Positions 38,059 to 48,326 are shown, numbered from the stretch's first letter. The stretch: 64,000 bases of DNA from an uncultured Planctomycetota bacterium (GCA_963823665.1 CAWGMQ010000008.1:320001-384000); one strand, 5' to 3'. Notes: a model not told the origin generated them from the sequence alone. Program-made: numbers and translations.

Positions 38059-39222
38059 TCAGGAATCCTCGATCACCCGGAAATTACGCGGTTCGGTCAG
38101 CTCGTACTCCCGCACCTTGACCTCATTGCGAATAATTCCAGTTACGGCGACTCGTTTCCGGTCAGGGAGCGCATCGCAGGCCTGTCTGAATTCCTCGGCG
38201 GCGAGATCGACCTTGACCTTGGCAGGCCGGCCTGCAACTACAGAAGCGATGATGATTCTACCAACCAGGTCCGGCGTGAAGGGACGATGGACGAATTCCG
38301 TCCGGAGCAGTTCACCCTTGTATTCCTCGGGCTTTGCAAACGCCCGGCGGCGGAGTCCCCTGGCCGCCTCCTCGATGAATGAGAATGACTCTTGGGGGAA
38401 GGAGACAGACTGTGGCACTCGCTCAGGGACATGATGTCGGGTCCGAGCCCAACTGACGGAGATCTCGAGCCTCGACTGGTCACCGGAGGGTTCTCATCAC
38501 TCGCAGGGCATCGCAGAGATTCGCGCTGACGCCACGTTCGATTCCGTCGAGGATTTGACCGGGGTTGCCTGTGCGGATCGCATCAGAGACAAAGCCAAGA
38601 GTCGACATCAAGCGACTCGTGACCCGACGCGAATAGGGCTCCTGACTCAATCGCAAATCCTCATCAACGAAATCCATCAGCGTCTGAATCTCAGGCGGCA
38701 CGGGAGCGATGATGGTCGCTACGAAACTTCCTCGTTCTGTCTGACCCAAACGACAAGTCTTCAAGAATCTACTGACTTCCCTATTTACCTTCAGAGGATG
38801 AAGTGGTTGAGGGTGTACCGCGCTGCAAGCGGCCGCCAGAAGCAGGTCCCGGCCGCCGCGCAGCAATTCGATGCCCTCATCGAGCGGCAGGTTTCCCAGC
38901 GTGGCGTCAGCGGCTTCGACGCGAAATCGGAACACGTCGCCTGACGGTACCGAGAGATCTTTGAGAATCTCCCACGGGGAGCGGTCCTCGATCGTGGCAA
39001 GAGCGACAACGACGTCGGCCATGCGGAGAACGAAGTCCCTCATCTCACGCTTGAGCGGGAGCAACAGCTCCACCGCTTTGTGCGAGGTATGCCGGAATTC
39101 CAGGGCGTTGCTTGAGCGACCGTTTGGCGTAGAAACCCAGCCATGGGTCGTCAGGTAGAGTCGGACGTCCCCGGGCGCAACGCTTCGATCTGATCTCTCG
39201 GCAATTTCAAGGGGGACTTCAT
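38059..39222 (-). pseudogene. Frameshifted hypothetical protein partnered with the DUF4365 gene
   Basis: ATG at 39222 overlaps the upstream stop (ATGA). MKSPLKLPRDQIEALRP / DVRLYLTTHGW..LLLAAACSA..RLGQTERGSFV..; shifts near 39170 and 38450. Confidence 0.6.
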
Positions 39223-39503
39223 ATCGGTTCCTTACGGGCGGTCTGTTTCATCAGATCATCGTAATTCTTTCGCTTCAAGTGGTAAACGAGGTGCTCGCCC
39301 CGCATGACTCTGGCGCTGGTGCACTTCACCTGAAGTTCGATCCGCGGTGGTCGGGGGATTTCTTCGCCGACACGCCCGGCGATCCAGAGGTCGATGCTGT
39401 CGTCATCGACTGGGGGTTCAGCGACCATATTCCCTGCGAGGGTCGCAACAGCTCGAACATAAGCGAAACTGAATTGCTCCTTTCGTTGGCTGTTATCCAT
39501 CAT
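39219..39503 (-). pseudogene. DUF4365-like PD-(D/E)XK protein, apparently internally deleted
   Basis: KEQFSFAYVRAVA..DDDSID..IELQVKCT..LKRKNYDDL, then a jump straight to the terminal helix. Confidence 0.7.
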
Positions 39504-39885
39504 GCCGCAGCCTCGATCAGGCACTCGCTTCCTGCCGTGTTGGTGCTCACGACGGCGCCGGCTATGCGGTGTGGTGCTCTACGGCGCGATCGCCAACTTC
39601 GCGGGACCACAGTCTAACGATCATGAGCGGTTCGGCAACCCCCGACAAAGCGAGGCTTTCTTCAGCCTGGCGCGTAATTTGGCCCTGGAGGTGTAGCGAT
39701 AACGCGTGTAGTACGTTCACTGTCGATCTTGGAGTTTTCGGCGCTGCTGCCTTCCGCCGGATGGCGGAATCGCACTGGTTTCCGAGATCAGATATATCGT
39801 CCCGCAGATCCCAGCGTCGCGGCAAGTACGCAGCCGGCTCGTGGGTTTCGTTCGGGATTCGGCTTTGGCTAGCCATCCGATCGAT

Positions 39886-39937
39886 TACCGGGGAGGCGAC
39901 TCGAACGCCTGACCTGCGGATTATGAGACCGCCGCTC
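39886..39937 (-). repeat. att site: exact 52 bp copy of the tRNA-Met 3' part
   Basis: Identical to 54005-54056 (taccggggaggcgactcgaacgcctgacctgcggattatgagaccgccgctc). Confidence 0.97.
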
Positions 39938-40019
39938 GCGAACCGCAAAGATATCAAATCAAACGACTTGCGTCAACACACACCCGAGGCGACAGCGCAG
40001 GGACAGCGCGGCGTCGAAT

Positions 40020-40115
40020 GACCCCGGTTTGACCGCCGTCATCGAGGCATGGGATCGACTGCCCGAGGCCGTCCGCGCTGGCATCGTGGCGATGGTAAAG
40101 GCCGCGGCGAAGTAA
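40020..40115 (+). repeat. Copy 2 of conserved coding tail DPGLTAVIEAWDRLPEAVRAGIVAMVKAAAK*
   Basis: Lies 82 bp inside the left att. No in-frame start codon between the TGA at 39924 and the motif. Confidence 0.9.
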
Positions 40116-40201
40116 GTGCGTCCATTCCCGTCTCGTGCTGAGAACCGGTGCAAGTGAATTCGGAAGCCGCGATGTAGTAAAATCTCCCGGAGTGGATCGC
40201 G

Positions 40202-41102
40202 ATGGCGCTGGTTCATATTAACGGACGTCTTTATTACACCAAGTCAGTGCGACGGGGCGCAAGGGTCACATCCCAGTGTCTGGGAACCGGAGAAGACGCT
40301 GTATTGTTTGCCCAAATGGACGCGTTGCTCCGAGAGGAAGTGCGCGTGCAGGCGAAGCCAGGAATGGGAATGGAAGCGCGAACAGGCCAAGGCGCATCGA
40401 GCCCGGAAAGAGGAAAGAAAGGCCCTTCAAGATCAACTCAAGTCCACCGACCGCGCCATGGCAATGCACTTCCGGACGGTCGGCAAGACTGTCGAGACCC
40501 TGTTGATGGCGCTGGGGTTCCATCGACACGAACGCGGGGAATGGCGACGGAGGCGCAAGGCCATGAGCACCGAACTGGCTGAGACGGATGTTCAAGAACT
40601 GGTCAAGTTAGCTCGTGAAGGTGATCAGATCGCACTGGGCGAGCTGGCCTATCATGCCAGTCGCGCGCTTAAGCCGATCGATCCCTACTCAGGCGATCTG
40701 GCCCGGGCCGTCGTAGAGCCGATGCTGATTGATCTCGTTGCAGAGAAATATGACCCGTTGCGAGACGCCGTGGCCGCCAAACTTGAAGCGCTTCGCCGCG
40801 AATTGGCCCCCCGCGGTTCCTCGATGGCTGAGCGCCTGTTGGCTGAGCGCGCGGCATTCTGCTGGCTTCACGTGCTACTGCTGGAGAGGGACCGGGCCGA
40901 ATTGTTCCAGAACTTTGAGGCCGGTCACGATGTTGACTATCGCAAGATCACGATGGTTGACCAAAGTCTCTCCCGCGCGCAGGTCCGGTTAGAGCGATCT
41001 CTTGTCGCTCTGGCCAAGGTCCGACGACTGAAACTCCCGACCGTCATCAATCAGGTCAACGTCGGCGCGCAGGTCAACGGCGCCGTCCTATCCGAAATCT
41101 GA
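40202..41102 (+). CDS. Element-associated hypothetical protein; fused paralog of the 43757/44055 gene pair (frameshift about 40350)
   Basis: MALVHINGRLYYTKSVRRGARVTS..GFHRHERGEWRRRR continues in frame into ..ERLLAERAAFCW..LAKVRRLKLP..QVN. Confidence 0.65.
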
Positions 41103-41262
41103 AGCGCCGTATGGCTGGCTCGCCGATTGTTCCGGGCCGTTTGGGCCGGCATCGTGCTCATGGTCTGCGCCGCTGGTTCTCGAATCGAAGGATGATGCAC
41201 GTTAGACTTCGGTTTGCACGGCTATCGTGCAGCCCGACGTCTTTTTCGGTCCGGGGGGAGAA

Positions 41263-41892
41263 ATGTCCAACCGCTTTCAAGAGGGACGCTGGCGAGATTG
41301 GTACGAGGCCAACGCGATGGAGCTGTCGGCTTTCTGTCTCGCACGTGGTCGGTACGAGGTGGCTCACGAACTGCACGCCATTGGAACAGATTCGTACGAG
41401 CGAGAAGTGGTTAACAAGGCATATCCCGGCGATACCGCCGCTGAACGAGAACACTACCGCCAAGTCCTTCGAGAATACAAGGAACGCCTTGCCGAGTTTC
41501 CATTGCTGGTGTCCACCCGATCCCGATTCCTTGAGAGCCTGAGTGCGAATGCAGGGGGGATCGACCGAGACAAATTCAAGACCAAGGTAAACCATGAGGG
41601 CTCGACCGCCTTCGGGGTGATCTGCAATCAACTCGCACGAGGGGGATGGCTTCGCCAGGAGAAGACGTGAAAGAAGTACACGCTTTACCCCGCAGAAACC
41701 CCTCCGCCTAGCGATGAAGTTTTCGTGAGAAAGGAAATGCCTACACCGGAAGAGTTGGACGCCAAAGCTGCCTCGGCCCGCCCGATCGCATCGTTCAACG
41801 CGAATCTTCCGCTAGAATAGCGATCTGGATGTCTGCCAAGATTCTTTGCATTGATCATGGTCGTTCTTACTCTGATCTGGGGTTGCCGATGA
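41263..41892 (+). pseudogene. Hypothetical wHTH-like protein with a C-terminal membrane tail and two in-frame stops
   Basis: The frame reads ..GWLRQEKT*KKYTLY.. (TGA 41668) and ..LPLE*RSGCLPRFFALIMVVLTLIWGCR (TAG 41818). Confidence 0.5.
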
Positions 41893-42220
41893 CCGAAGTA
41901 ATAACCCCCTGCGATAACTCGACGCCAGCCCGCCTCGGCTCGGATTGGGGGAGACTGAACGGGGCGCGATGAGCCGCGCCGTTATCAACGCCGCCAGAGC
42001 GCCCACGCTGACGAATGCATGGCGATCGGCCACGCGGAAGTCTTTTGCATCGACAGAGGCCCTTCGCGCCCGCATCGGGGCGACGATACGCGCGCCGGGA
42101 TGAGTGTGATTCGAGTCTCACTCGGATAATTGATTTGAACCAATGCGAGTTTTTTAATTGCGAACCTCAGACAGATGGGATACCCTCCAGAATCCGCTGG
42201 TTCAATGAAAGGAGAAGGCG

Positions 42221-43399
42221 ATGGCTGCCAAGACTCGTCTCACATGTCCGAAATGCAACCGAAAATCTTCAACACCTAGTGAAATGAAGGAAGGGACGAA
42301 AGTCCGCTGTCCTTCGTGCCAAGAAGTTTTCAAATACGTCCCCGAGGTCGAAGCGATAGACCTGGCTGAAATCGCTGAAATCGAGGTATTGCCGCCAACG
42401 GGAACGGGACGTCTCAAGCCGAACGTCGTCAGAGCGGAGATAGTCCCGCCCCCCGTGCCGGTCCAGCCTACGCCTGTTCATTCCGTGCAGATGGTGAATG
42501 TCAATCTTCCCGCTACGAGAAAGGGGAATTCGCTAGCTGTTGCGGCGCTCGTGCTTGGAATCATCGCCGCCCTAATTTGCTGGGTTCCATTTCTTGGGCT
42601 CCTTGCTATTCCTGTCGCGTTGTTAGGGGCGTTTCTTGGGTTCATCGGATTGGCAATAGCACTGATCGGACGACGATCCGGCCTTTCCTCATCATTGGTC
42701 GGCACGGCGATTAGCTTGGGATCGATCGTGCTCTCGATCGTGATCACAGGGAAGACGTCTAAGTCGATTGCTGATGCGATGGAAAAAAGCTCAAGGGAAG
42801 AGCGTGCGGTTGCAAAAGCGGTCGATAATCCTGGCCAGCCGGTCGCTATTCCTACCAAAACGAAACCCAACGGAGCTGCTGAACCACAGCGATCGCCTGT
42901 CCAGAACGGCGAGGGCATTCCGGCAATCAAGGGTCGAGAGGAATGGGTCACCGCTCCGACTCCTGCAAAGCTCGGAGATGTGATTGTGATAGTTCGCACT
43001 GCCAAAATTGATCGAGTTCCTCTCAAGGTAATTCAAGGGGAAGGCCAATCCGAAGAGCCGATGTTGATGGTCAACTTGGAGATAACGAACACAAACCCGA
43101 ATCGAAAAATCGACTACAAGAGTTGGGCCGGACAAAGTATTTCATTCCAGCGCGACTTCGCCACCCTAAAAGACAACAATGGGAATAATTATAAAAGAAT
43201 ATCGTTTGGACTTTCCGAGCGGCCAATTGGAAGATCTGATTCTGACTCCATCTATCCAGAGAAAGCCCTCGGAGACGTCCTGGTCTTTGAGATGCCATTG
43301 AAGACCGCCGAGACTTTGGACCTTGAGTTGCCCGCCGCGAATGTTGGTGAGAAGGGCTCTTTTAGAATCCGCATTCCTGCTGCCATGATCGAAAGGTGA
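42221..43399 (+). CDS. Zn-ribbon + DUF4190-like transmembrane + Ig-like extracytoplasmic domain protein
   Basis: CPKC..CPSC; LAVAALVLGI..WVPFLG membrane helices; LKDNNGNNY..SIYP..DVLVFE; strong RBS. Confidence 0.8.
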   Translation: MAAKTRLTCPKCNRKSSTPSEMKEGTKVRCPSCQEVFKYVPEVEAIDLAEIAEIEVLPPTGTGRLKPNVVRAEIVPPPVPVQPTPVHSVQMVNVNLPATRKGNSLAVAALVLGIIAALICWVPFLGLLAIPVALLGAFLGFIGLAIALIGRRSGLSSSLVGTAISLGSIVLSIVITGKTSKSIADAMEKSSREERAVAKAVDNPGQPVAIPTKTKPNGAAEPQRSPVQNGEGIPAIKGREEWVTAPTPAKLGDVIVIVRTAKIDRVPLKVIQGEGQSEEPMLMVNLEITNTNPNRKIDYKSWAGQSISFQRDFATLKDNNGNNYKRISFGLSERPIGRSDSDSIYPEKALGDVLVFEMPLKTAETLDLELPAANVGEKGSFRIRIPAAMIER

Positions 43400-43756
43400 G
43401 TGCGTCGAGTGGATTCGGAACACCCGGCGATGTCCGGCTAATAGGTGCATGACTCATGCACGTACGCTTGGGGGGGCGATCAGACACCTGGCGGTCAGTC
43501 TTTTTCAACCGCAGATGGCCAAACGCGCGCATTTCGTCAAAATTGGAGCCGTTTGAATCGAGCCGATTCCGGCCCGGAATCATCGCAACGCTACAATAGA
43601 ACCGGCCCCCGGGGGATAGGGGGTTGATTTGCTGGGGGTTTCAACTGCGGGATCGTAGTCGACCCCGCGCACATTTATTCGCGCACTTTTCGCATTTTGT
43701 GATAGCATGCACTTGCCGACAGACTGAAGCGGCGCAAAGGGGAGACCGTAGTACAC

Positions 43757-44155
43757 ATGGCCCTGGTTCATCGCAACGGCCGAACCTACATCTACCGATC
43801 CGTTAGGCGGAATGGTAGGGTGACCTCGGAATATGGCGGAAGCGGCATCGACGCCTTCCTAATCAGCCGAATGGAGGCGATCGATCGCGACGAACGGGAC
43901 TACAATCGACGGCTGGAAAGTGAAGACCGCCGGAAACTCGACGAAATTGAGAAAGCCCTCGACGAGCTTACTGCACAAGCCCGAGCCCTCGCACGCGACG
44001 CCCTGACCGCCGCCGGGTATCATCAGCATTGTCGGGGCAAATGGAGGAAACGACGTGGAAACCACCGTGGTGGGCGCGAACGACCGCGAGCGAATGATGG
44101 ACAATTGGGTGGTCAAAGAGCTGGTCAACTGGACCGCCGGCAAGAGGGGCAATGA
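43757..44155 (+). CDS. Element-associated hypothetical protein (YRSVRRNGRVTSEYxG family)
   Basis: Paralogous to the N-terminal half of 40202-41102; GGAG RBS. Confidence 0.7.
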   Translation: MALVHRNGRTYIYRSVRRNGRVTSEYGGSGIDAFLISRMEAIDRDERDYNRRLESEDRRKLDEIEKALDELTAQARALARDALTAAGYHQHCRGKWRKRRGNHRGGRERPRANDGQLGGQRAGQLDRRQEGQ

Positions 44156-44495
44156 GCAGACAAAAGAGAAATTGCGGCAAGATTTGCGGAACATCGTCGC
44201 CGACCTTGTCGGCCCCAATCCAAGCCCCGCTGAGCTAGTGCTTGCCGAGACTGCCGCGATCAATTGGTTCGCCCTCCGCATGTTTGAGGCCCGCTATTCG
44301 GGATCGGCGACCTCCGATGAAGGGCTAACACTGGGTCAATCCGAGCATCAGCAACGTCGGATCGACCGGACACACCGACGGTTTTTGGACACCATCAAGA
44401 CCCTGGCAACGGTGCGCCGTCTCGCCCTGCCCGCCGTTCAGATCAACGTCGCCCGCCAGCAAGTCAATCAAGTGAACGTCGGAGAGTCGGCATGA
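44055..44495 (+). CDS. Element-associated helical hypothetical protein
   Basis: GTG start with GGAGG RBS; paralogous to the C-terminal half of 40202-41102 (TLATVRRLALPAVQINV..QVN). Confidence 0.75.
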   Translation: METTVVGANDRERMMDNWVVKELVNWTAGKRGNEQTKEKLRQDLRNIVADLVGPNPSPAELVLAETAAINWFALRMFEARYSGSATSDEGLTLGQSEHQQRRIDRTHRRFLDTIKTLATVRRLALPAVQINVARQQVNQVNVGESA

Positions 44496-44776
44496 GACGA
44501 CGAAAAGCGCTCAATCGGGGTGGCCGCCCATCCAAGTTCACGACCGCCGCCGTGGTGAGGATCACGTCCAGGTTGCTCGATGGAGAGACACTGGACGCCG
44601 CCGCCCGTGCTGCTGGCGTGGGACCCTCGACGCTCTACCGATGGATGGCCCAGGCCAAGGCCGGGGACCCTCGGTTCGGACCGATCAACGCCGTCGTGAG
44701 GCAAACCAAGCACGCGAAGCAACTCGGTGCTGCTCTTGGCTTCTTCCTACCAAAACTGATCAAGGCCGGTTTTTAG
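44492..44776 (+). CDS. HTH protein resembling the terminase small subunit N-terminus
   Basis: GRPSKFT..LLDGETLDAAARAAGVGPSTLYRW; ATGA overlap with the upstream gene. Confidence 0.6.
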   Translation: MRRRKALNRGGRPSKFTTAAVVRITSRLLDGETLDAAARAAGVGPSTLYRWMAQAKAGDPRFGPINAVVRQTKHAKQLGAALGFFLPKLIKAGF

Positions 44777-45009
44777 AAATCGTTTCGCTGGTTGCAGTGA
44801 AATAGCAGCGAAGGAATCTCCCAAAACCGACCCCGAAGGATGGCGGTGATTTTGAGAATCGCTTAAGTCGACAAATGAAGCCGGCCCTTGTGCGCGTTGA
44901 AAACTCTTGGCAATATTGACACCAGTGGCGTCCAAGTAACAAAAATGAAGGAAGTGCGCAAGATGGGTCAGATGGGATGCACTGTGACCTTTGAGAGTCG
45001 TCTTTTGAA

Positions 45010-45555
45010 ATGTTTGAAGCCGCAAGATTGCTCGGACCGACAACACGAAGTATCGTTTTGCAGACCCATCTTGGCAACAAGATCGTAAATGAGATCGCCC
45101 TAGCACCGGACGAGGGGAGTATAAGAAAGTACGAGCGCTTACTTGCGAATCATCCGCACTGGTCTAAGCGCAGGCCACCTTATGGCATTTGCAACTGCGT
45201 CGGGCATGTATGGGCAAGCAGGCGGACTGCTGTATACGAGAATCTTGACAGCCAAGTAATCAGAGTTTTTGACGACGATGGCTACACGGCGTTGGACTGG
45301 CCTAGAGAGAGTTTGTGGTTAGGCGACCTGGTTACCTATTGGGATTCGGCGAAACGACACAAGGGGTTTTTCCACGTCGGCATTGTGTTTGAAATTAGGA
45401 GTCTACCCGACGGAACTCAGCAGATACCTTGGATACTCAGTAAGTGGGATGACAGTTCAGGGGAAGTCCTGCATCACTACAAGGAAGTGCCTTTCTCGGA
45501 CGACATAGAAGCGGAGTTCTGGACGGACCGTGCACTAGGAAGGACTGGGCGATGA
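45010..45555 (+). CDS. Papain/NlpC-P60-like cysteine hydrolase-fold protein
   Basis: CNCVGHVW..GDLVTY..FHVGIV..ILSKW suggests a Cys-His dyad. Confidence 0.55.
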   Translation: MFEAARLLGPTTRSIVLQTHLGNKIVNEIALAPDEGSIRKYERLLANHPHWSKRRPPYGICNCVGHVWASRRTAVYENLDSQVIRVFDDDGYTALDWPRESLWLGDLVTYWDSAKRHKGFFHVGIVFEIRSLPDGTQQIPWILSKWDDSSGEVLHHYKEVPFSDDIEAEFWTDRALGRTGR

Positions 45556-46061
45556 CTGCGCTCGCGCTGCTGAAAACCGACGAGTTTAACTTCTCCATCG
45601 GATTTCATCATACGCCCGCCGTTGTCAGGCGCAGGCTGCTCATGTCTCCCATCGTGCGACACGTAGCAGCCGCTCTGCGGTTCGGCGCTATCACAGAAGC
45701 GATGCTGCGGGAGTTCGTCGGATCGATCATGTCAGAGTTCACCGCGGGGCGCCGCCTCCCAAATGATCTGGCGCTGGCTGCCGTTGCAGTCGTGCTTGAA
45801 TTACGCCCAACCGACTTCGCAGGCGAGTACCTTCATGATTTGGCGCGCCTTCGGTTATCCGAGATGACAGTCAGCATTTTCGTCGCCCGCGAATGTCTGA
45901 AGAATCGGTGTTCGGTTCCGAAACACCAGACTAAGACATTTGTTTTCCCGTCGGCCAGTAGACCCCCAAGGGAGTTGCGCGTGTCGATGCAACGACGACG
46001 AGTGTTCACCATGTCCCCGCGCTTGGTCGCGTCGTATTCCGCATATATAGAGACCGCGTAA
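45552..46061 (+). CDS. Hypothetical protein
   Basis: ATGA overlap upstream and TAATG overlap downstream. Confidence 0.7.
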   Translation: MTALALLKTDEFNFSIGFHHTPAVVRRRLLMSPIVRHVAAALRFGAITEAMLREFVGSIMSEFTAGRRLPNDLALAAVAVVLELRPTDFAGEYLHDLARLRLSEMTVSIFVARECLKNRCSVPKHQTKTFVFPSASRPPRELRVSMQRRRVFTMSPRLVASYSAYIETA

Positions 46062-46498
46062 TGGCAAGGCTCGAATACTTCATTGTCTGCGAATCTTGCT
46101 CCGTCGATGCGGAGAAAAATAGTGTCAGTTTTTTCCATGTGCTGGAAGACATATTCCCAGATAAATTCCCGTATGAGATCTCAACAGTAGACGCCGTGAG
46201 CCTCTGGAATCTGGACCCCGCTGACCGAGATACCGATTTCCAGGCGACGGTCGTGATCAGTGTTCCCGGTTCCACACGTGGCGTCGAAGTCCCTATGAAC
46301 CTGTCGCGGGGCCACATGAGACACAGGGCAGCCGTGACCATCACGGGCATTCCGATAATTTGTCCCGGGGAACTCCTGTTCGAGGTGAAGCTGAATGGCC
46401 TTCATGGGGCGAATCACATCGTATATATCCATGATACTCCGGCTCTAAAAGCCGCGGAGAGGTTGACAACAGATACGACCACTACGTCACTTGACTGA
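46061..46498 (+). CDS. DUF6941-like beta-sandwich protein
   Basis: LEYFIVCESCSVDAEKNSVSFF..PGELLFEVKLNG pattern. Confidence 0.6.
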   Translation: MARLEYFIVCESCSVDAEKNSVSFFHVLEDIFPDKFPYEISTVDAVSLWNLDPADRDTDFQATVVISVPGSTRGVEVPMNLSRGHMRHRAAVTITGIPIICPGELLFEVKLNGLHGANHIVYIHDTPALKAAERLTTDTTTTSLD

Positions 46499-46766
46499 TA
46501 TGTGGACACTGACAACCTCGCGGTTGCGTGTCTGCGACGTCGAAAGACGAGCCCGCGCGTCTGCTCAAACACTTCGCCGGGTATCGGAGAGGCGTAAGTA
46601 GATCTCACGGCCGCCTCGCGGTGACCTGGAATCGAACGCGCCCGCGACGCTACACTGAGCGGGGGATGGTTTGATCGGTGGCCACTGGTCAGGCCCAACG
46701 CGGACCCGGCATCACGCTCCCCTGTGCGTGCGCTGCCGGGTCCGGCCCGTTCACAGGAGACGCGAG

Positions 46767-48326
46767 ATGTCGAGCCGGGATGACTTTGAGGCCGCGCGCA
46801 AGGCCGCGATTGACTGCGCTACCGCCTCGGGGTGGTTGCTTCAGGTTGCCACCGGGAAAGCCCGGCTTACGCCAACCCAAGAGCGGGAGATTGCGAAGGT
46901 TCTCGATGAACAGGCAGGGGACGACCGACCGCTCGAAATGCCCGATCCGATGCCGATCTTTCTCCCGAACGCCATCGGCGCGTTGTGCCAGGCGTTGGCG
47001 AGCGGCTGGGGTGTCATCTCGAAGGTGGAGGATGACTTGACCCTGGCGGCCCCCGCCTCTGCGACCGCCGGGGGGATGACGCGCGCGAGCGCGCATCGGC
47101 TGGCCTGGGACTTTGGCCGCCACCTATGGGCGTCTATTCGCAATCTCGACCACCGCCTTGACCCTCAGTGGCAGTGTTCCGGTACTATCGACGCAAGCCG
47201 ATTCGACCTGGATGGGGCGTCTGTCAAAGAGAACCTGCCTGCCATTGTGGCTGAGCTGACCGCGAAACCGCCTTTCGATGGTGGCCGCGTCGTTGCTCTT
47301 ATCAAACAGGAATTTGTCCGCGCGATTGAGCGCTTGGAATCGACCCGGGCCGAGCCGTCCCGAGAAACCGACCGGCGCATCCCCTCTCTCGAAGAACTGA
47401 ACTTAATCGCGCACGCCCTTCGCGATTTTCTGGCCACAGTCGAGAAGTACAAGCTCTTGCTTCGTGAGCCCGACTCATCGAATGTAATGGCCGTTCAAAT
47501 GCCCCGTTTTGCGGTGCTCGAATCACTCTGCCGGCTGGAGAATCTGCTTAACCTTTCACGATTGCCCTACAATTCGGCGCCTGGCGCCAACTACGCTGTA
47601 CGTTTCTGGCCCTACGACGTCATGATCGCTCTGCCGACATTGAGAGCGCACGTATATGAACTCATCAAGCGATGGGACATACCCGAAGTCTGTAACGATG
47701 GCAAGATTTTGCGGAGTTATCCTGCCGGCATCTTCCCACCATCTTTCACTTTGACGCCCGCCGAACGCGATGGGCTGGGATTGGCGTTGTCGTTGCTCCT
47801 CGGAGTCTTGCAGCCGAGCCCAGCCAGCCCGCAGCCACCGCTACCCAATCCGGAGACGCTGGGCGCTGTACAGAAGCCGCCGGCTCACTCACATGGGGAG
47901 GCGCCTGGCGGGGTGATATTCCTGCCGCCAATTCACGACCCTACGCTATTAGCCGCCCCTCTCTACTTGATTGATCCGAACGCGCGTACGATCAGGAGAG
48001 TTGAGCCTGGCGCGGCGCCCTCGGCAACCGAAGCCGATGGTCAAGGGACCGCTGAACAGGGGAGACCGCCCGCCGCAGGGACCGTGACGCCCGAGGCCCC
48101 CGCCGAGCTGCCCGACCTTGTGACTTTGGATCAGGCCGCCGCGGCTGTCCACAAGAGCAAGCGCGCCCTGGAATACCATAAGAGCAAGGGTACGTTGCCA
48201 GCCCCGTTTGTCGAAGGGGGAGCCGGCAAGGCGTCTCTGTACGACTGGAAGTTGATCGGCCCTTGGCTGGCCAGGGAGTTCGGCATCCCACAGCCCGAGA
48301 AATTCCCGCGACCTCGGGAGAGCTGA
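46767..48326 (+). CDS. Hypothetical protein with a C-terminal MerR/Xis-like HTH (possible element regulator)
   Basis: AGGAGA RBS before ATG 46767; DLVTLDQAAAAVHKSKRALE..LPAP..LYDW. Confidence 0.7.
   Translation: MSSRDDFEAARKAAIDCATASGWLLQVATGKARLTPTQEREIAKVLDEQAGDDRPLEMPDPMPIFLPNAIGALCQALASGWGVISKVEDDLTLAAPASATAGGMTRASAHRLAWDFGRHLWASIRNLDHRLDPQWQCSGTIDASRFDLDGASVKENLPAIVAELTAKPPFDGGRVVALIKQEFVRAIERLESTRAEPSRETDRRIPSLEELNLIAHALRDFLATVEKYKLLLREPDSSNVMAVQMPRFAVLESLCRLENLLNLSRLPYNSAPGANYAVRFWPYDVMIALPTLRAHVYELIKRWDIPEVCNDGKILRSYPAGIFPPSFTLTPAERDGLGLALSLLLGVLQPSPASPQPPLPNPETLGAVQKPPAHSHGEAPGGVIFLPPIHDPTLLAAPLYLIDPNARTIRRVEPGAAPSATEADGQGTAEQGRPPAAGTVTPEAPAELPDLVTLDQAAAAVHKSKRALEYHKSKGTLPAPFVEGGAGKASLYDWKLIGPWLAREFGIPQPEKFPRPRES

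Noticed and set aside
39886..39937. Second tRNA gene (also 37939-37986)
   Set aside because: Lacks the 5' acceptor strand and most of the D arm; these are att duplications.
40014..40024. prfB-like +1 frameshift at GAA TGA C joining the integrase frame to the tail
   Set aside because: No upstream internal SD, and a GAA-to-AAT slip is not cognate. An indel is more likely.
41668..41820. Selenocysteine/pyrrolysine or stop-codon reassignment
   Set aside because: The context suggests Gly and Lys codons mutated to stops, and TGA and TAG end other genes normally in this window.
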